Assembly (NCBI GenBank): GCA_963806535.1 | Contig: CAWDYC010000007.1 | Coordinates: forward strand, 256,001-320,000 | DNA: 64,000 nt | From: Candidatus Bathyarchaeota archaeon | GTDB taxonomy: Archaea; Thermoproteota; Bathyarchaeia; Bathyarchaeales; Bathycorpusculaceae | Direction of reading: 5' to 3' | Part shown: positions 10,269 to 19,624 of the stretch, in pieces | Layout: each line of letters begins with the position of its first letter | Position numbering within the stretch: position 1 is the stretch's first letter | Made by a program: the position numbers and the translations under genes | The notes under the pieces: generated by a model | What the model saw: the letters and a program-made list of their open reading frames with translations, nothing else | Databases searched by the model: none | What the model was told of the DNA's origin: nothing

Positions 10269-11600
10269 ATGCCCGCAGTTCTAAACTTAAAACCCGAAGA
10301 CATTGACACCGTAGAAAAACGCCACAAATATTCTGTAAGCGTAGTAGGATGTGGGCAGAATGGAATCCTCCTCGCCACCGCCTTTGCAGATGCAGGATTC
10401 AAAGTAATTTGCACAGATACCAACCTAAGCATTATAAAAAAAGTCACAAGAGGAAAAACCACCTTTGTTGGACCTGAAATTGAAGGAAAACTAAGAGGCT
10501 TAATCAATTCTGGGCAACTGAACGTTACCAGTGAATTAACAAAAGCAGTGACACAAAGCGATATCATAATCATTACAGTGGCAGCAAAAGTGGATGATAA
10601 GAAGAAAATTGATTATTCAGATGCCTTAGCAATATGTAAGCAAGTTGCCGCAGCAATCCATGCAGGCAGTCTGGTTATTTACTGCAATATAGCTGCTTTC
10701 GGTTTCAATGAAGGAATAATGAAGGAAACATTTGAGAATACTTCAGGTCTCAAAGTGGGTCACGATTTTGGTTTGGCATACATTCCGCTGCAGACCTCAG
10801 ACGCCAAATATACGATTCAGCTATCCAATTTGGAGTTGAAAGTTGCAGTAACTGGAAAAACAAATTTAGATTCAGTGACTAACATTCTGAAGAAAATAAC
10901 TAAAAACGTCAAGCAAATAAATGACATAAAAAAGGCTGAGATAGCAACTCTTTTCACAGTTGCAAAGAAAGATGCAAGTGCGGCTTTAGCAAACGAGTTG
11001 GCTGTTTTCTGTGAAAGTGCAAACATAGACTTCTTTGAAGTTTTGAAATTGTTAGATGTCAATGATCCAAGTTTTTGGCCTACAACAGTTGAAGAAGAAA
11101 ATAAGAACGAAGCATATCTTTTGCTCGAAAGTGCAGAAAACATCAATGCAAAGCTTAGGCTTCCAGTATTGTCTAGGCAAATAAACGAAGATATGGTCAA
11201 ACACGCGGTTAATTTAACGCAAGATGCCTTACGAGCTTGCAATAAAACGCTAAGGCGAGCACGAGTTGCGGTTTTAGGGACCGTGAACCAACCAACAGGC
11301 ATTTTTGTCAAAATGCTGGAATTAAAAGGTGCAAAAGTAAGTCTCTATGATCCACTAGCGAAGAGAGAGTCAATAGATTTGGGAGTGGTTAAGAGCAGCA
11401 GCTTAAATGAGAGCGTTGAAGGGACAGATTGCATAGTATTTCTCACAGGCGAAGACCAGTTTAAAAATTTAAACTTCAAGAAACTGAAGGCGTTAACCAA
11501 AACACCTGCTGTAATTGTAGATTTAGCGGGTGCCTTTGAACCTAAAAAAGTAGAAACAGAAGGTTTCATATACCGAGGGTTAGGTAGAGGTACTGAATAA
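10269..11600 (+). CDS. Nucleotide-sugar (UDP-GlcNAc/ManNAc) dehydrogenase homolog with degenerate catalytic motifs
   Basis: Three-domain layout retained (Rossmann VVGCG..G, SGLKVG.DFGLAY.P, ALANELA..CE...ID, SRQINE.M, V.LYDP, YRGLGRG), but canonical active-site motifs are altered. Confidence 0.8.
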   Translation: MPAVLNLKPEDIDTVEKRHKYSVSVVGCGQNGILLATAFADAGFKVICTDTNLSIIKKVTRGKTTFVGPEIEGKLRGLINSGQLNVTSELTKAVTQSDIIIITVAAKVDDKKKIDYSDALAICKQVAAAIHAGSLVIYCNIAAFGFNEGIMKETFENTSGLKVGHDFGLAYIPLQTSDAKYTIQLSNLELKVAVTGKTNLDSVTNILKKITKNVKQINDIKKAEIATLFTVAKKDASAALANELAVFCESANIDFFEVLKLLDVNDPSFWPTTVEEENKNEAYLLLESAENINAKLRLPVLSRQINEDMVKHAVNLTQDALRACNKTLRRARVAVLGTVNQPTGIFVKMLELKGAKVSLYDPLAKRESIDLGVVKSSSLNESVEGTDCIVFLTGEDQFKNLNFKKLKALTKTPAVIVDLAGAFEPKKVETEGFIYRGLGRGTE

Positions 11601-11603
11601 ATT

Positions 11604-12554
11604 ATGAAAAAACTTGGAGTAGCAGTAATCGGAACGGGTTTTTGGGGAAAAAACCACGCAAGAGTCTACAAAGAATTAGCCTCAACAGAATTAATCGCTA
11701 TTTGCGATGTTAATCCTGAAAGAGCTAAAGCTATTGCTGACCAATTCGGCGTGAAAGCATACACTAATAGCGCACGAATGCTGAAAAACAAAGAAATAGA
11801 AGCCATAAGCGTGTGCACATGGTCAACAGTTCTTGCAAAAGAAGCACTCAAAGGACTCAAAGCAGGAAAACATGTTCTCGTTGAGAAACCCATGGCCACC
11901 AACACAAAACAAGCACAAAAATTATGTCAAACCGCACAAGAAAACGGCCTTCATTTAACTGTGGGCTTTCTGATGAGATTTATTCCTGGATTACAAAGTA
12001 TCCGCGATGCAGTTGAAACCAAGAAAATTGGTCAACTAGTATGTGTTAACGCAAAACGCGTTTCTCAATGGCCTGAAAGAATAGGCGACGTTGGAGTAGT
12101 AAAAGACACGGCGATACATGACATAGATGTCATGCGTTTCATATCCAAGCAAGATCCAGTTACTGTTTATGCAAAAATGGGAAGCATGAAATACCGAAAA
12201 TTTGAAGATTACGCTCATATAATGCTCACTTACAAAAGTGGAGAAAGCGCTTTCATAGAATCTAACTGGCTAACACCCTATAAAACTCGAACTTTAACTG
12301 TAACTGGCTCCGATGCCATTATGAGATTAGATTACATAACTCAAGACTTATGGATTGAAAAGCAGAAAGAAAGTGTGCAGCCGAGATATCCGTTTCAAGA
12401 ACCGCTAAAAGCTGAGCTTGAACACTTTGCCGAATGTATACTTGAAAAGAAGAAGCCAGTGATAACCGGTGAAGACGGCGTTAAAGCATTAGGGATTGCT
12501 CAAGCTGCAATGAAATCTTCAGCTAAAAACAGAGCAATAAAGTTAGAAATATAA
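11604..12554 (+). CDS. Gfo/Idh/MocA oxidoreductase (possible UDP-GlcNAc 3-dehydrogenase)
   Basis: VAVIGTGFWG, HVLVEKP, VG..RF.P, D..IHDID. Confidence 0.88.
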   Translation: MKKLGVAVIGTGFWGKNHARVYKELASTELIAICDVNPERAKAIADQFGVKAYTNSARMLKNKEIEAISVCTWSTVLAKEALKGLKAGKHVLVEKPMATNTKQAQKLCQTAQENGLHLTVGFLMRFIPGLQSIRDAVETKKIGQLVCVNAKRVSQWPERIGDVGVVKDTAIHDIDVMRFISKQDPVTVYAKMGSMKYRKFEDYAHIMLTYKSGESAFIESNWLTPYKTRTLTVTGSDAIMRLDYITQDLWIEKQKESVQPRYPFQEPLKAELEHFAECILEKKKPVITGEDGVKALGIAQAAMKSSAKNRAIKLEI

Positions 12555-12558
12555 AATA

Positions 12559-12828
12559 TTATGTTAGGTTGAAGGGTTTTCCTTCAGCCACAATTTTTTC
12601 TGGAATCTTGGCCTTCCATTTCTTAAAAAACGGCAAGTCATCAGCTGACTTTCGTAGCTCATCAGGTAACATTTCTGGAATTTCATCTCTTATAGGATAC
12701 CAGCGTAAACATTTTGGGCAAACGATTAAGCCTTCAACGATTTCATCTTTTTCTTCAAAAACATGCAGTTCCAGAGGATGATATTTGTCGATGGGGCAAG
12801 CTAAAATTTCCATCAGTTTACGCTTCAT
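12559..12828 (-). CDS. trm112: Trm112 family methyltransferase activator
   Basis: LMEILACPIDK.HPL...G.IVCPKC.RWYPIRDEIP.ML. Confidence 0.9.
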   Translation of the reverse strand: MKRKLMEILACPIDKYHPLELHVFEEKDEIVEGLIVCPKCLRWYPIRDEIPEMLPDELRKSADDLPFFKKWKAKIPEKIVAEGKPFNLT

Positions 12829-12861
12829 TGTTCATCACGAATTAAATAGTTAACGACCTAG

Positions 12862-13737
12862 CTATAAAAACTTGCTTGGCAACGAAACAACATGTACGTC
12901 TAGAACCGTCTGGTACCAGTTGGGACCAGTGCGTCGAACTTCACGGGAAAAGTTAAAAGTACAGTTTATGCCGAGGCTATCAAGTTTTTCAGCTACCTTC
13001 AATCTGGTTTTTTCAGCTGGATTTTCTTTTCCAACTGCATGCTGGAAATCGTAGTAATGAATCCAACCGCCTTGTTTCTTAAGCGAGCAAAGCGCATGAG
13101 GTAAGTATTCGAGGGCTTTTTCAGGTAGAGGCATCAGAACTCTATCTGCCTTGCCATGCAGGTCTGCTTTGATTATCTCCTTTGAATCACCTAGCAAAGG
13201 TACTACTTTGCCAAAAACTCTGTTAAGTCTAATATTCTCCGTCATATACTGAACCGCCACAGGATTAACATCGATAGAAAAAACCTTCGATTGACCGACT
13301 GTTTTGGCAATTATTATGCTAAAACAGCCAACACCCGCAAACATGTTAACAACAGTTTCATCAGGCTTAACCAAAGATGCAATCCGTGATCGCTCGTGCA
13401 AAAGTCGAGGAGAAAAATAGCAGTTCTCGACATCAACCGAAAACACGCATCCAGATTCCCTATATCTGGTAATTGTTTTGTTCTCTCCCGCTACCAACTT
13501 TAACGTTCTAACCCTAAAATCACCAAAAATGGGACCATTTTGGACAAAAACTGATTTCACACCTTTATGGATGGACATTATTTTGTTTGCGACTGCTTCA
13601 GCGTTAACGTCGTTGTCTTTACGGATTTTAATAATTACAATATCGCCTATTACGTCAAATGAATTGTAAATTTGATCCAAGTCTTGCAACGAGAGATCAT
13701 TTGAAAGTTTTGCTCGGAGCCGTTTCCTCACCTTCAT
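12862..13737 (-). CDS. Trm5/Taw2 (Met-10) family tRNA-modifying SAM transferase
   Basis: FDVIGDI, G.FRVR, YFSPRL..ER, MFAGVG.F, RVLMPLP, GWIHYY. Confidence 0.88.
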   Translation of the reverse strand: MKVRKRLRAKLSNDLSLQDLDQIYNSFDVIGDIVIIKIRKDNDVNAEAVANKIMSIHKGVKSVFVQNGPIFGDFRVRTLKLVAGENKTITRYRESGCVFSVDVENCYFSPRLLHERSRIASLVKPDETVVNMFAGVGCFSIIIAKTVGQSKVFSIDVNPVAVQYMTENIRLNRVFGKVVPLLGDSKEIIKADLHGKADRVLMPLPEKALEYLPHALCSLKKQGGWIHYYDFQHAVGKENPAEKTRLKVAEKLDSLGINCTFNFSREVRRTGPNWYQTVLDVHVVSLPSKFL

Positions 13738-13810
13738 ATCGCCATTACTCTCGTGCTATTGGAAATGTTTAAAAGCAAAATACTTTTCTTTGTAGGAAGA
13801 GGCGTTTCTA

Positions 13811-13972
13811 ATGGAAAAGTCAGGAATTGTATATGAATGCATGAGATGTGGGGCGAGAGTGCCGTCTGAAGAGCTTGAACTACGCGGCGGAGAAACAAAG
13901 TGCATCATTTGCGGCTACAGAATTCTGAAGAAGGTTAAACCGCCAGTAGTAAAACGTGTTCAATCAAAATAG
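13811..13972 (+). CDS. rpoP: DNA-directed RNA polymerase subunit P (Rpo12)
   Basis: Not in the ORF track. 53 aa MEKSGIVYECMRCG...KCIICGYRILKKVKPPVVKRVQSK. Confidence 0.93.
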   Translation: MEKSGIVYECMRCGARVPSEELELRGGETKCIICGYRILKKVKPPVVKRVQSK

Positions 13973-13980
13973 GAAGGGAA

Positions 13981-14000
13981 TACTCGTTTTTTTACGAGTA
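13981..14000. terminator. Short hairpin between convergent genes, possible terminator
   Basis: TACTCGT-TTTTTT-ACGAGTA inverted repeat between the rpoP stop and a convergent ORF. Confidence 0.35.
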
Positions 14001-14024
14001 GTTTAATTTTTTCAAATAAAATAT

Positions 14025-14336
14025 TTAATAGATTTCCTTGTCTCCAAGTTTGCGTAACGCTTTTCCTTTGAGTCTTATTGAGTCGGTTAAGAAGCCATCT
14101 TCAAAGTCTTTTTCAACGGTTTTGCGTTTGACCATTTCACCGCAAACTCCTCCCGGCAGCAAGCGTCTTTTCATGCACATTGAATATGTGCAGTTTGCTA
14201 TGTCGCACTTTTCTTCTGTCAATCTACATCCAACGGAGTCTCGGCGGAAGAAGACGTTATTTTGTGCGCACTTAAAAGAGTTGCATGTTGGAGAACAAGT
14301 CTTTGATTGAGCCAATAGATACACCTCAATTGTCAA
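14025..14336 (-). CDS. Cys-rich hypothetical protein
   Basis: 103-aa ORF with 8 Cys; GAGGTG lies just before an internal TTG, so the true start may be slightly later. Confidence 0.65.
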   Translation of the reverse strand: MTIEVYLLAQSKTCSPTCNSFKCAQNNVFFRRDSVGCRLTEEKCDIANCTYSMCMKRRLLPGGVCGEMVKRKTVEKDFEDGFLTDSIRLKGKALRKLGDKEIY

Positions 14337-14426
14337 ATCAAAATTTTAGTTTGTTTGTCTTTGTATTTGCTTATGTTCATTGGAGGCAATATAAACTTTT
14401 TTCCAAATAAGGGGATAATTACTCAT

Positions 14427-16553
14427 TTAGGGGGTTTGGGTATGTTTGACTCTTTTTCGTCGATAGATTTCCACAATTGCCAACAAGACTACGGCTATTA
14501 ATATTACAATTAGCGCGATCAATGAACTTACAGGAATCAATAGTGACCCGAGTGCAACATACCTTTCAATTTTTACCTGAATGGAAGTAGGTTGATTAAC
14601 GCTGACAGCCATAGCCTGATAATCATTTTGTGCTCCGGAAGCAAAAGTTATTACCTGCATATCGCCTCCAACGACGTTGTCGAAAATTGCAGTTCCATCA
14701 CCTTTAGTCACAGCTGAAAAACGTTCAGTTGCTGGACCATTCAAAGTGACATTAGCATTTGAGATTGGGCTGCCGAAAAAGTCAACAACCTTTACTGATA
14801 CTTGGATGCCATAGAGAGTACATTGTATTTGTTTTTGAGTAGCACCAAAAATCTCGAGGCTTGTTTGATTTATGAGTATATTATCTTTGTAGAATCTTGC
14901 TCGGTACAATCCAAAGCTAACCTGAGTTGTGACTGACCCTGAATTATCAGTTGTTGCCGCATAGAATATTCCTGTTGTTTGTTCAACGAGCTCTAGTCGC
15001 GTGTTTGGAATTGCTGCGTGGTTATTGCCAACAATATTAATGGTTAATGTTTCGCTTGGGCAAATAATAACTAAGTTTGTCATGGCTTGCGCCGGGATGT
15101 TATTAAAAGTACTATTGCCGGAATTGAAAACTGTGTTGTATAATGAAGCTTCCACAGTATAACTTATCCCGGTTAGGGTGGAGTTCAGCTTGAAAGTTCC
15201 TGAGTAATCTGTTTGACCAGTAACATTTCCTGTTTTGATAGAACCGCCGCTCGCCGGTTGATATTGATAAGTAATGGATAAATTAACATATGGCAAAGAG
15301 ACACCATTTTGGTTTTGAACCACAATTTTAAGATCTGTTAATTGACATGCAAAGTTGAAAGCCCCGTTACCAACAACGGTTATGTCTGTTGAGCCAACAT
15401 TAACGCCATTCAAAAGCCCTGTCAAAGTATAGGTTCCAGCTTCAAGATTCAGATACAGTAGCCCATCGGATCCACTTATGTTACTGTATTGATTATTGGT
15501 TACTTTATCTGTAGCTTGAACTGTTATTTGAGGAACAATCTCACTAGCTAAGTTTAGAGTTTTAATCTGAACAGAATACCCATTTATCGAAAATGTCTGC
15601 GAATCTTGAATTGCTTTTGCGGCGCCTGAAGGAGTTATTGTCACCTTATAGACCCCAATTGCGGCATTTGACGGAACTGTCCACGTTTTTGTCATAATAC
15701 CGTCGGCTGACGCCGTAATTGGCACAGAATCCAGAGAGGTACCACTTGAATTGTCAACAACACTTAATGTACCAGCCTGATTAGGTTGATAACCAACTGC
15801 GCGTATTGAAACTGGTTGACTTCTATGATAAGTGGTTGAATCAAGAATATCAACTGAAAAATCAGTTTTTGCCAAACTGTCAGTCTTATTAAAATAGGCT
15901 GTATAGGAACCAGAGTAATCTGTGAGTGAACCACTCGGCTGGAAACTGCTATCAGGATAAGTAATTTGTACACTTGCAGTTCCTTTTTGATTGGCGGTTC
16001 CAAGTGTAACTATTTTTGAGTATTCTGTGCTGAGTGGGCTTGGAAGTACTACAGAAACATCAGCTATGTAGGAAGCGCCTACATTTCCTCCTGTTACCGC
16101 CACATTAAGCACTTCAGTGCTGCCTTCTTGGATTTGAGAGGAACCCGCGGATATGGTATAATTAGTTTGAACTTGGAAAGTGTTTTCAGTTGAATTAATA
16201 TTAGCACTATAATCTCTAAGTCTTAAAGCATAAGAGCCACTTGCAACTTCAGGTATAGAAAAATTTGCATTCACATAATATCCTTGAGATTGACCACTTG
16301 CAACGACTTGGCTAGCAAATATTACTTGGTAGCTACCGTTGCTCGTATAAATCGTTCCTTGAAGATTCAAGGCGTCACCAACCGATCCGGACGTCGTGCT
16401 TTGTCCCTGTGAAACCGTTGATCCTGCCGGAGCAACCTGAAGAATACTTACGCCTAGATTTTGGTTCTGACCCAGAACTAGCCCGAGGGGGGCTACTGCA
16501 ACAGCAATGCACATTAAAACTAATAGGTTAACTGCAACAATTTTTTTATTCAA
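14427..16553 (-). CDS. Secreted, C-terminally anchored surface protein with Ig/carboxypeptidase-regulatory-like repeats
   Basis: Signal peptide, S/T/N-rich beta repeats (V.NQNGVSLP.V...T...G), C-terminal TM helix followed by RRKR. Confidence 0.8.
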   Translation of the reverse strand: MNKKIVAVNLLVLMCIAVAVAPLGLVLGQNQNLGVSILQVAPAGSTVSQGQSTTSGSVGDALNLQGTIYTSNGSYQVIFASQVVASGQSQGYYVNANFSIPEVASGSYALRLRDYSANINSTENTFQVQTNYTISAGSSQIQEGSTEVLNVAVTGGNVGASYIADVSVVLPSPLSTEYSKIVTLGTANQKGTASVQITYPDSSFQPSGSLTDYSGSYTAYFNKTDSLAKTDFSVDILDSTTYHRSQPVSIRAVGYQPNQAGTLSVVDNSSGTSLDSVPITASADGIMTKTWTVPSNAAIGVYKVTITPSGAAKAIQDSQTFSINGYSVQIKTLNLASEIVPQITVQATDKVTNNQYSNISGSDGLLYLNLEAGTYTLTGLLNGVNVGSTDITVVGNGAFNFACQLTDLKIVVQNQNGVSLPYVNLSITYQYQPASGGSIKTGNVTGQTDYSGTFKLNSTLTGISYTVEASLYNTVFNSGNSTFNNIPAQAMTNLVIICPSETLTINIVGNNHAAIPNTRLELVEQTTGIFYAATTDNSGSVTTQVSFGLYRARFYKDNILINQTSLEIFGATQKQIQCTLYGIQVSVKVVDFFGSPISNANVTLNGPATERFSAVTKGDGTAIFDNVVGGDMQVITFASGAQNDYQAMAVSVNQPTSIQVKIERYVALGSLLIPVSSLIALIVILIAVVLLAIVEIYRRKRVKHTQTP

Positions 16554-16765
16554 ACCACTCTGCTCTCCCGATTAACAGCTGTCTATTTTTGTAATGACTC
16601 ATGATTTAACTAAAGATGATTTTAAACTTTGCCGTTTAAATGCTTCATACGAGGCTTGAACATATTAACACAAATTGGAATTAATCAGATTGATAGGAAA
16701 AATTCATTTTAACAGCGGGATTTTAATAGACTGAGTTCCTTAGGTTAAACAAATTCGGTGAAAAT

Positions 16766-17725
16766 TTGGAGAAAAACCCGGCTGCCACTCTTTCTGGAGC
16801 TCTAAAAAAACAAAAATATCACTTAGTTGGCAACCATTCGGCCGTTAAGAGGTGCAAATGGCTCTATGAGTCTATTGTAAATGATAGACCTTGTTATAAA
16901 CAGAGGTTTTACGGGATAAAATCGCACAGATGCATCCAGATGTCGCCTTCTCTCTACTATTGCACTCAAGAATGTTTGTTTTGCTGGAGAGCTCAAAGTG
17001 GAGATTTGCACACAACTTGGGATGAGATGAAAATTCCAAAAGTAGATTCACCCGAAGAAATAGTTGAAGGTTGCTTCAAAGCTCAAGAAAAAATATTAAC
17101 AGGATACAAAGGAAACCCGAAGACGAACTGGCGCAAATTCCAAGAAGCTCTAATGCCAAAGCAGGTTGCCATAAGTTTAACGGGCGAACCAACACTTTAT
17201 GACCTTTTAGGAGATTTAATCCAAACATTTTCCCGAAAAGGCTTAACAACCTTTCTTGTTTCAAACGGCACTTTACCGGCTAAACTCTCCAAGCTAAACA
17301 AAGAACCCACCCAACTCTATATTTCCGTATGCGCGCCCAACGAACAGGTGTACAAACAAATTTGCCGTCCCCAATTTCCAAACGCTTGGGCTAAATTAAA
17401 TGAAACCCTCGGTTTATTACAGAGTTTCAGCTGCCCAACAGTTGTTCGAACAACTCTTGTTAAAGAGCACAATATGAACCATGTGGATCAATATGCTAAA
17501 CTTGTTGAGGCAGCCAATCCCACATATGTTGAAGCTAAGGCATACATGCACATTGGTTTTTCAAACCTCCGATTAAGTTTTGAACGCATGCCTACGCATA
17601 AAGAAGTAAGAGATTTTGCTTGCCAATTATCAGATAAAACGGGGTATAAGATTATTGATGAAGCTCCAGAAAGCAGAGTAGTCTTGTTAAGTAGGTTGGA
17701 AAAGCCAATACAGATTAGAAACTAA
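16766..17725 (+). CDS. taw1: 4-demethylwyosine synthase Taw1/TYW1 (radical SAM)
   Basis: HSAVKRCKW, CYKQRFYGI.SHRC, CTQECLFCWR, ISLTGEPTLY, VEAKAYM, SRVVLL. Confidence 0.95.
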   Translation: MEKNPAATLSGALKKQKYHLVGNHSAVKRCKWLYESIVNDRPCYKQRFYGIKSHRCIQMSPSLYYCTQECLFCWRAQSGDLHTTWDEMKIPKVDSPEEIVEGCFKAQEKILTGYKGNPKTNWRKFQEALMPKQVAISLTGEPTLYDLLGDLIQTFSRKGLTTFLVSNGTLPAKLSKLNKEPTQLYISVCAPNEQVYKQICRPQFPNAWAKLNETLGLLQSFSCPTVVRTTLVKEHNMNHVDQYAKLVEAANPTYVEAKAYMHIGFSNLRLSFERMPTHKEVRDFACQLSDKTGYKIIDEAPESRVVLLSRLEKPIQIRN

Positions 17726-17811
17726 ACCGAATTTTAGCCGCTCGGATTGCAGAAAGATTTTTGGGAAATTGAAATAAGCAACTTTGGCTTCTTTTTGTTT
17801 AAGGTGCTACT

Positions 17812-18468
17812 TTGTCGGCTTTAGAAGCTGTTTTACAAAAAATAAAAAATGATCTTATGCAGAAAAACGAAGTTCGTGAACAAGCGCATGAAAGCATGCG
17901 AAAAACAACAAGTCAATCAAAGCAAGCAATACTTCTGATTCACCAAAAAAAATATGATGATGCTCAAAAACTTATTGAAAGCGCCAAAGAAAAAATTAGA
18001 AACCTTCAAGATTTAGCTAAACAGTACCCCGAAATTGTTTATGGTGGGATGTTTAGTGCAGCTCTTCAGGAATATTCCGAAGCACGCATATTTTTAACAC
18101 TTATTCAAGAATCACGTTTTATAACGCCGGCTGAAGTAAACGTGCCATCGGTTGACTATGTTTTGGGTTTAGCAGATGTCATAGGAGAGTATAGGCGATT
18201 AGCCCTTGACAACTTGCGTGAAGGAGAAGTAAAAAAGGGCGAAGAATGTTTAGAAATCATGGATCAAGTGTTTATTCAACTTTTAGCTCTTGATGAGGCT
18301 TACATGCTTGTTCCAGGACTGCGGCATAAATCTGATGCAGCAAGAAGAATAATTGAAGCCACACGTGGAGACGTTACTTTGGAAATTCGCCGAAAATCAC
18401 TTGAGAATTACATGAAAAAGTTTGAACCCACTAAACGTAGGTCTAAACGCGTAATGAAGAAAGATTAA
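17812..18468 (+). CDS. Translin/TRAX (C3PO-like) family protein
   Basis: ALQEYSEA, DYVLGLADVIGEYRR, GLRHK.D.AR. Confidence 0.88.
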   Translation: MSALEAVLQKIKNDLMQKNEVREQAHESMRKTTSQSKQAILLIHQKKYDDAQKLIESAKEKIRNLQDLAKQYPEIVYGGMFSAALQEYSEARIFLTLIQESRFITPAEVNVPSVDYVLGLADVIGEYRRLALDNLREGEVKKGEECLEIMDQVFIQLLALDEAYMLVPGLRHKSDAARRIIEATRGDVTLEIRRKSLENYMKKFEPTKRRSKRVMKKD

Positions 18469-18472
18469 CTTT

Positions 18473-19144
18473 TTGAGCAGACATATCAATGTAATGAAGA
18501 ATTTTTCTTTAAAGAGAGCACGCAAAATCCAGTTATGTTTATCGAAGAAAATTATTTTAGAAGACAAGTTGACGCCAAAAATTAGAACAGTTGCAGGTGT
18601 TGATGTATCATATGTTGGGCAATTGGGCATCGGCGCGGTGGCGGTCTTAGATTATGAGACCTTGGAAGTTTTGGAAACCAAAGTTGCAAGCTGCCAAGTT
18701 AAGATTCCATATATTCCAACTTTGCTTTCCTTCAGGGAAATTCTTCCTGCCGTTGCTGCAATCAGACAGCTGAAAATTCGACCTGACGTCTTCCTCGTTG
18801 ATGCACAGGGTTTCGCTCATCCACTTAGATGTGGATTTGCCAGCCATTTGGGGCTCATCTTAAACATGCCGACCATTGGAGCGGCAAAAAGCAGGTTAAT
18901 TGGCACGCCAACGGAAGCACATGGCGAAACTTTTTTAGTTGATAAAGACGAAATCGTTGGCGCTATAGTAACTACAAAACGAAAAAGTAAGCCTGTTTTT
19001 GTGAGTGTAGGGCATATGGTGTCTCTTGGAACTGCCATTAGAATTGTTAAGCACTGTGCCAAAACCCGAATTCCAGAGCCGCTACTCCAAGCACACAAGT
19101 TAGCGACTAAAGAAAGAATCAGACTTGAACAGGAAGCAAAGTAA
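18473..19144 (+). CDS. nfi: Endonuclease V
   Basis: VAGVDVSY, PYIPTLLSFRE, VDAQG.AHP, IGAAKSRL, PVFVSVGH, RIPEPL. Confidence 0.94.
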   Translation: MSRHINVMKNFSLKRARKIQLCLSKKIILEDKLTPKIRTVAGVDVSYVGQLGIGAVAVLDYETLEVLETKVASCQVKIPYIPTLLSFREILPAVAAIRQLKIRPDVFLVDAQGFAHPLRCGFASHLGLILNMPTIGAAKSRLIGTPTEAHGETFLVDKDEIVGAIVTTKRKSKPVFVSVGHMVSLGTAIRIVKHCAKTRIPEPLLQAHKLATKERIRLEQEAK

Positions 19145-19175
19145 ATATCACTGAAAACTAAACTATCGATAGAGT

Positions 19176-19517
19176 GTGAATCCTTTGGCTGAAGAAATAT
19201 CGTTTGATGAGTTCCAAAAACTAGATTTACGAATTGGAAAAATAATCGAAGCAACTCAGATACCAGATTCAAAGAAATTAATCAAAATTATCGTTGATTT
19301 TGGCTCGGAAAAAAGGCAAGCTGTTGCAGGTCTACTCAAATATTATCAGCCTGAAATGTTGGTTGGAAAAAAATGCGTTTTTTTGTTGAACCTTCAAAGG
19401 CGCTTGTTGGCGGGCGTGGAATCACAATGTATGATTTTGGCTGCTGAAGATGCTGAAGGAAACGTTTCCGTGCTCATGCCTGAGAAGGACATCGCTGAGG
19501 GAAGCAAAATCGGCTAA
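19176..19517 (+). CDS. tRNA-binding protein (MetRS C-terminal / Trbp111-like OB fold)
   Basis: ISFDEFQKLDLRIGKI, KL...VDFG.EKRQ..AG, G.ESQ.MILAA. Confidence 0.9.
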   Translation: MNPLAEEISFDEFQKLDLRIGKIIEATQIPDSKKLIKIIVDFGSEKRQAVAGLLKYYQPEMLVGKKCVFLLNLQRRLLAGVESQCMILAAEDAEGNVSVLMPEKDIAEGSKIG

Positions 19518-19624
19518 TTAAGCACACTCATGATTCTGCAGAACTAAAGTTAATTTGCTAGGGAAAAGTTAAATTATTAATTTAAACCACTTTACTGTAT
19601 TATTTATTGTGAAAGGTTATCTCT

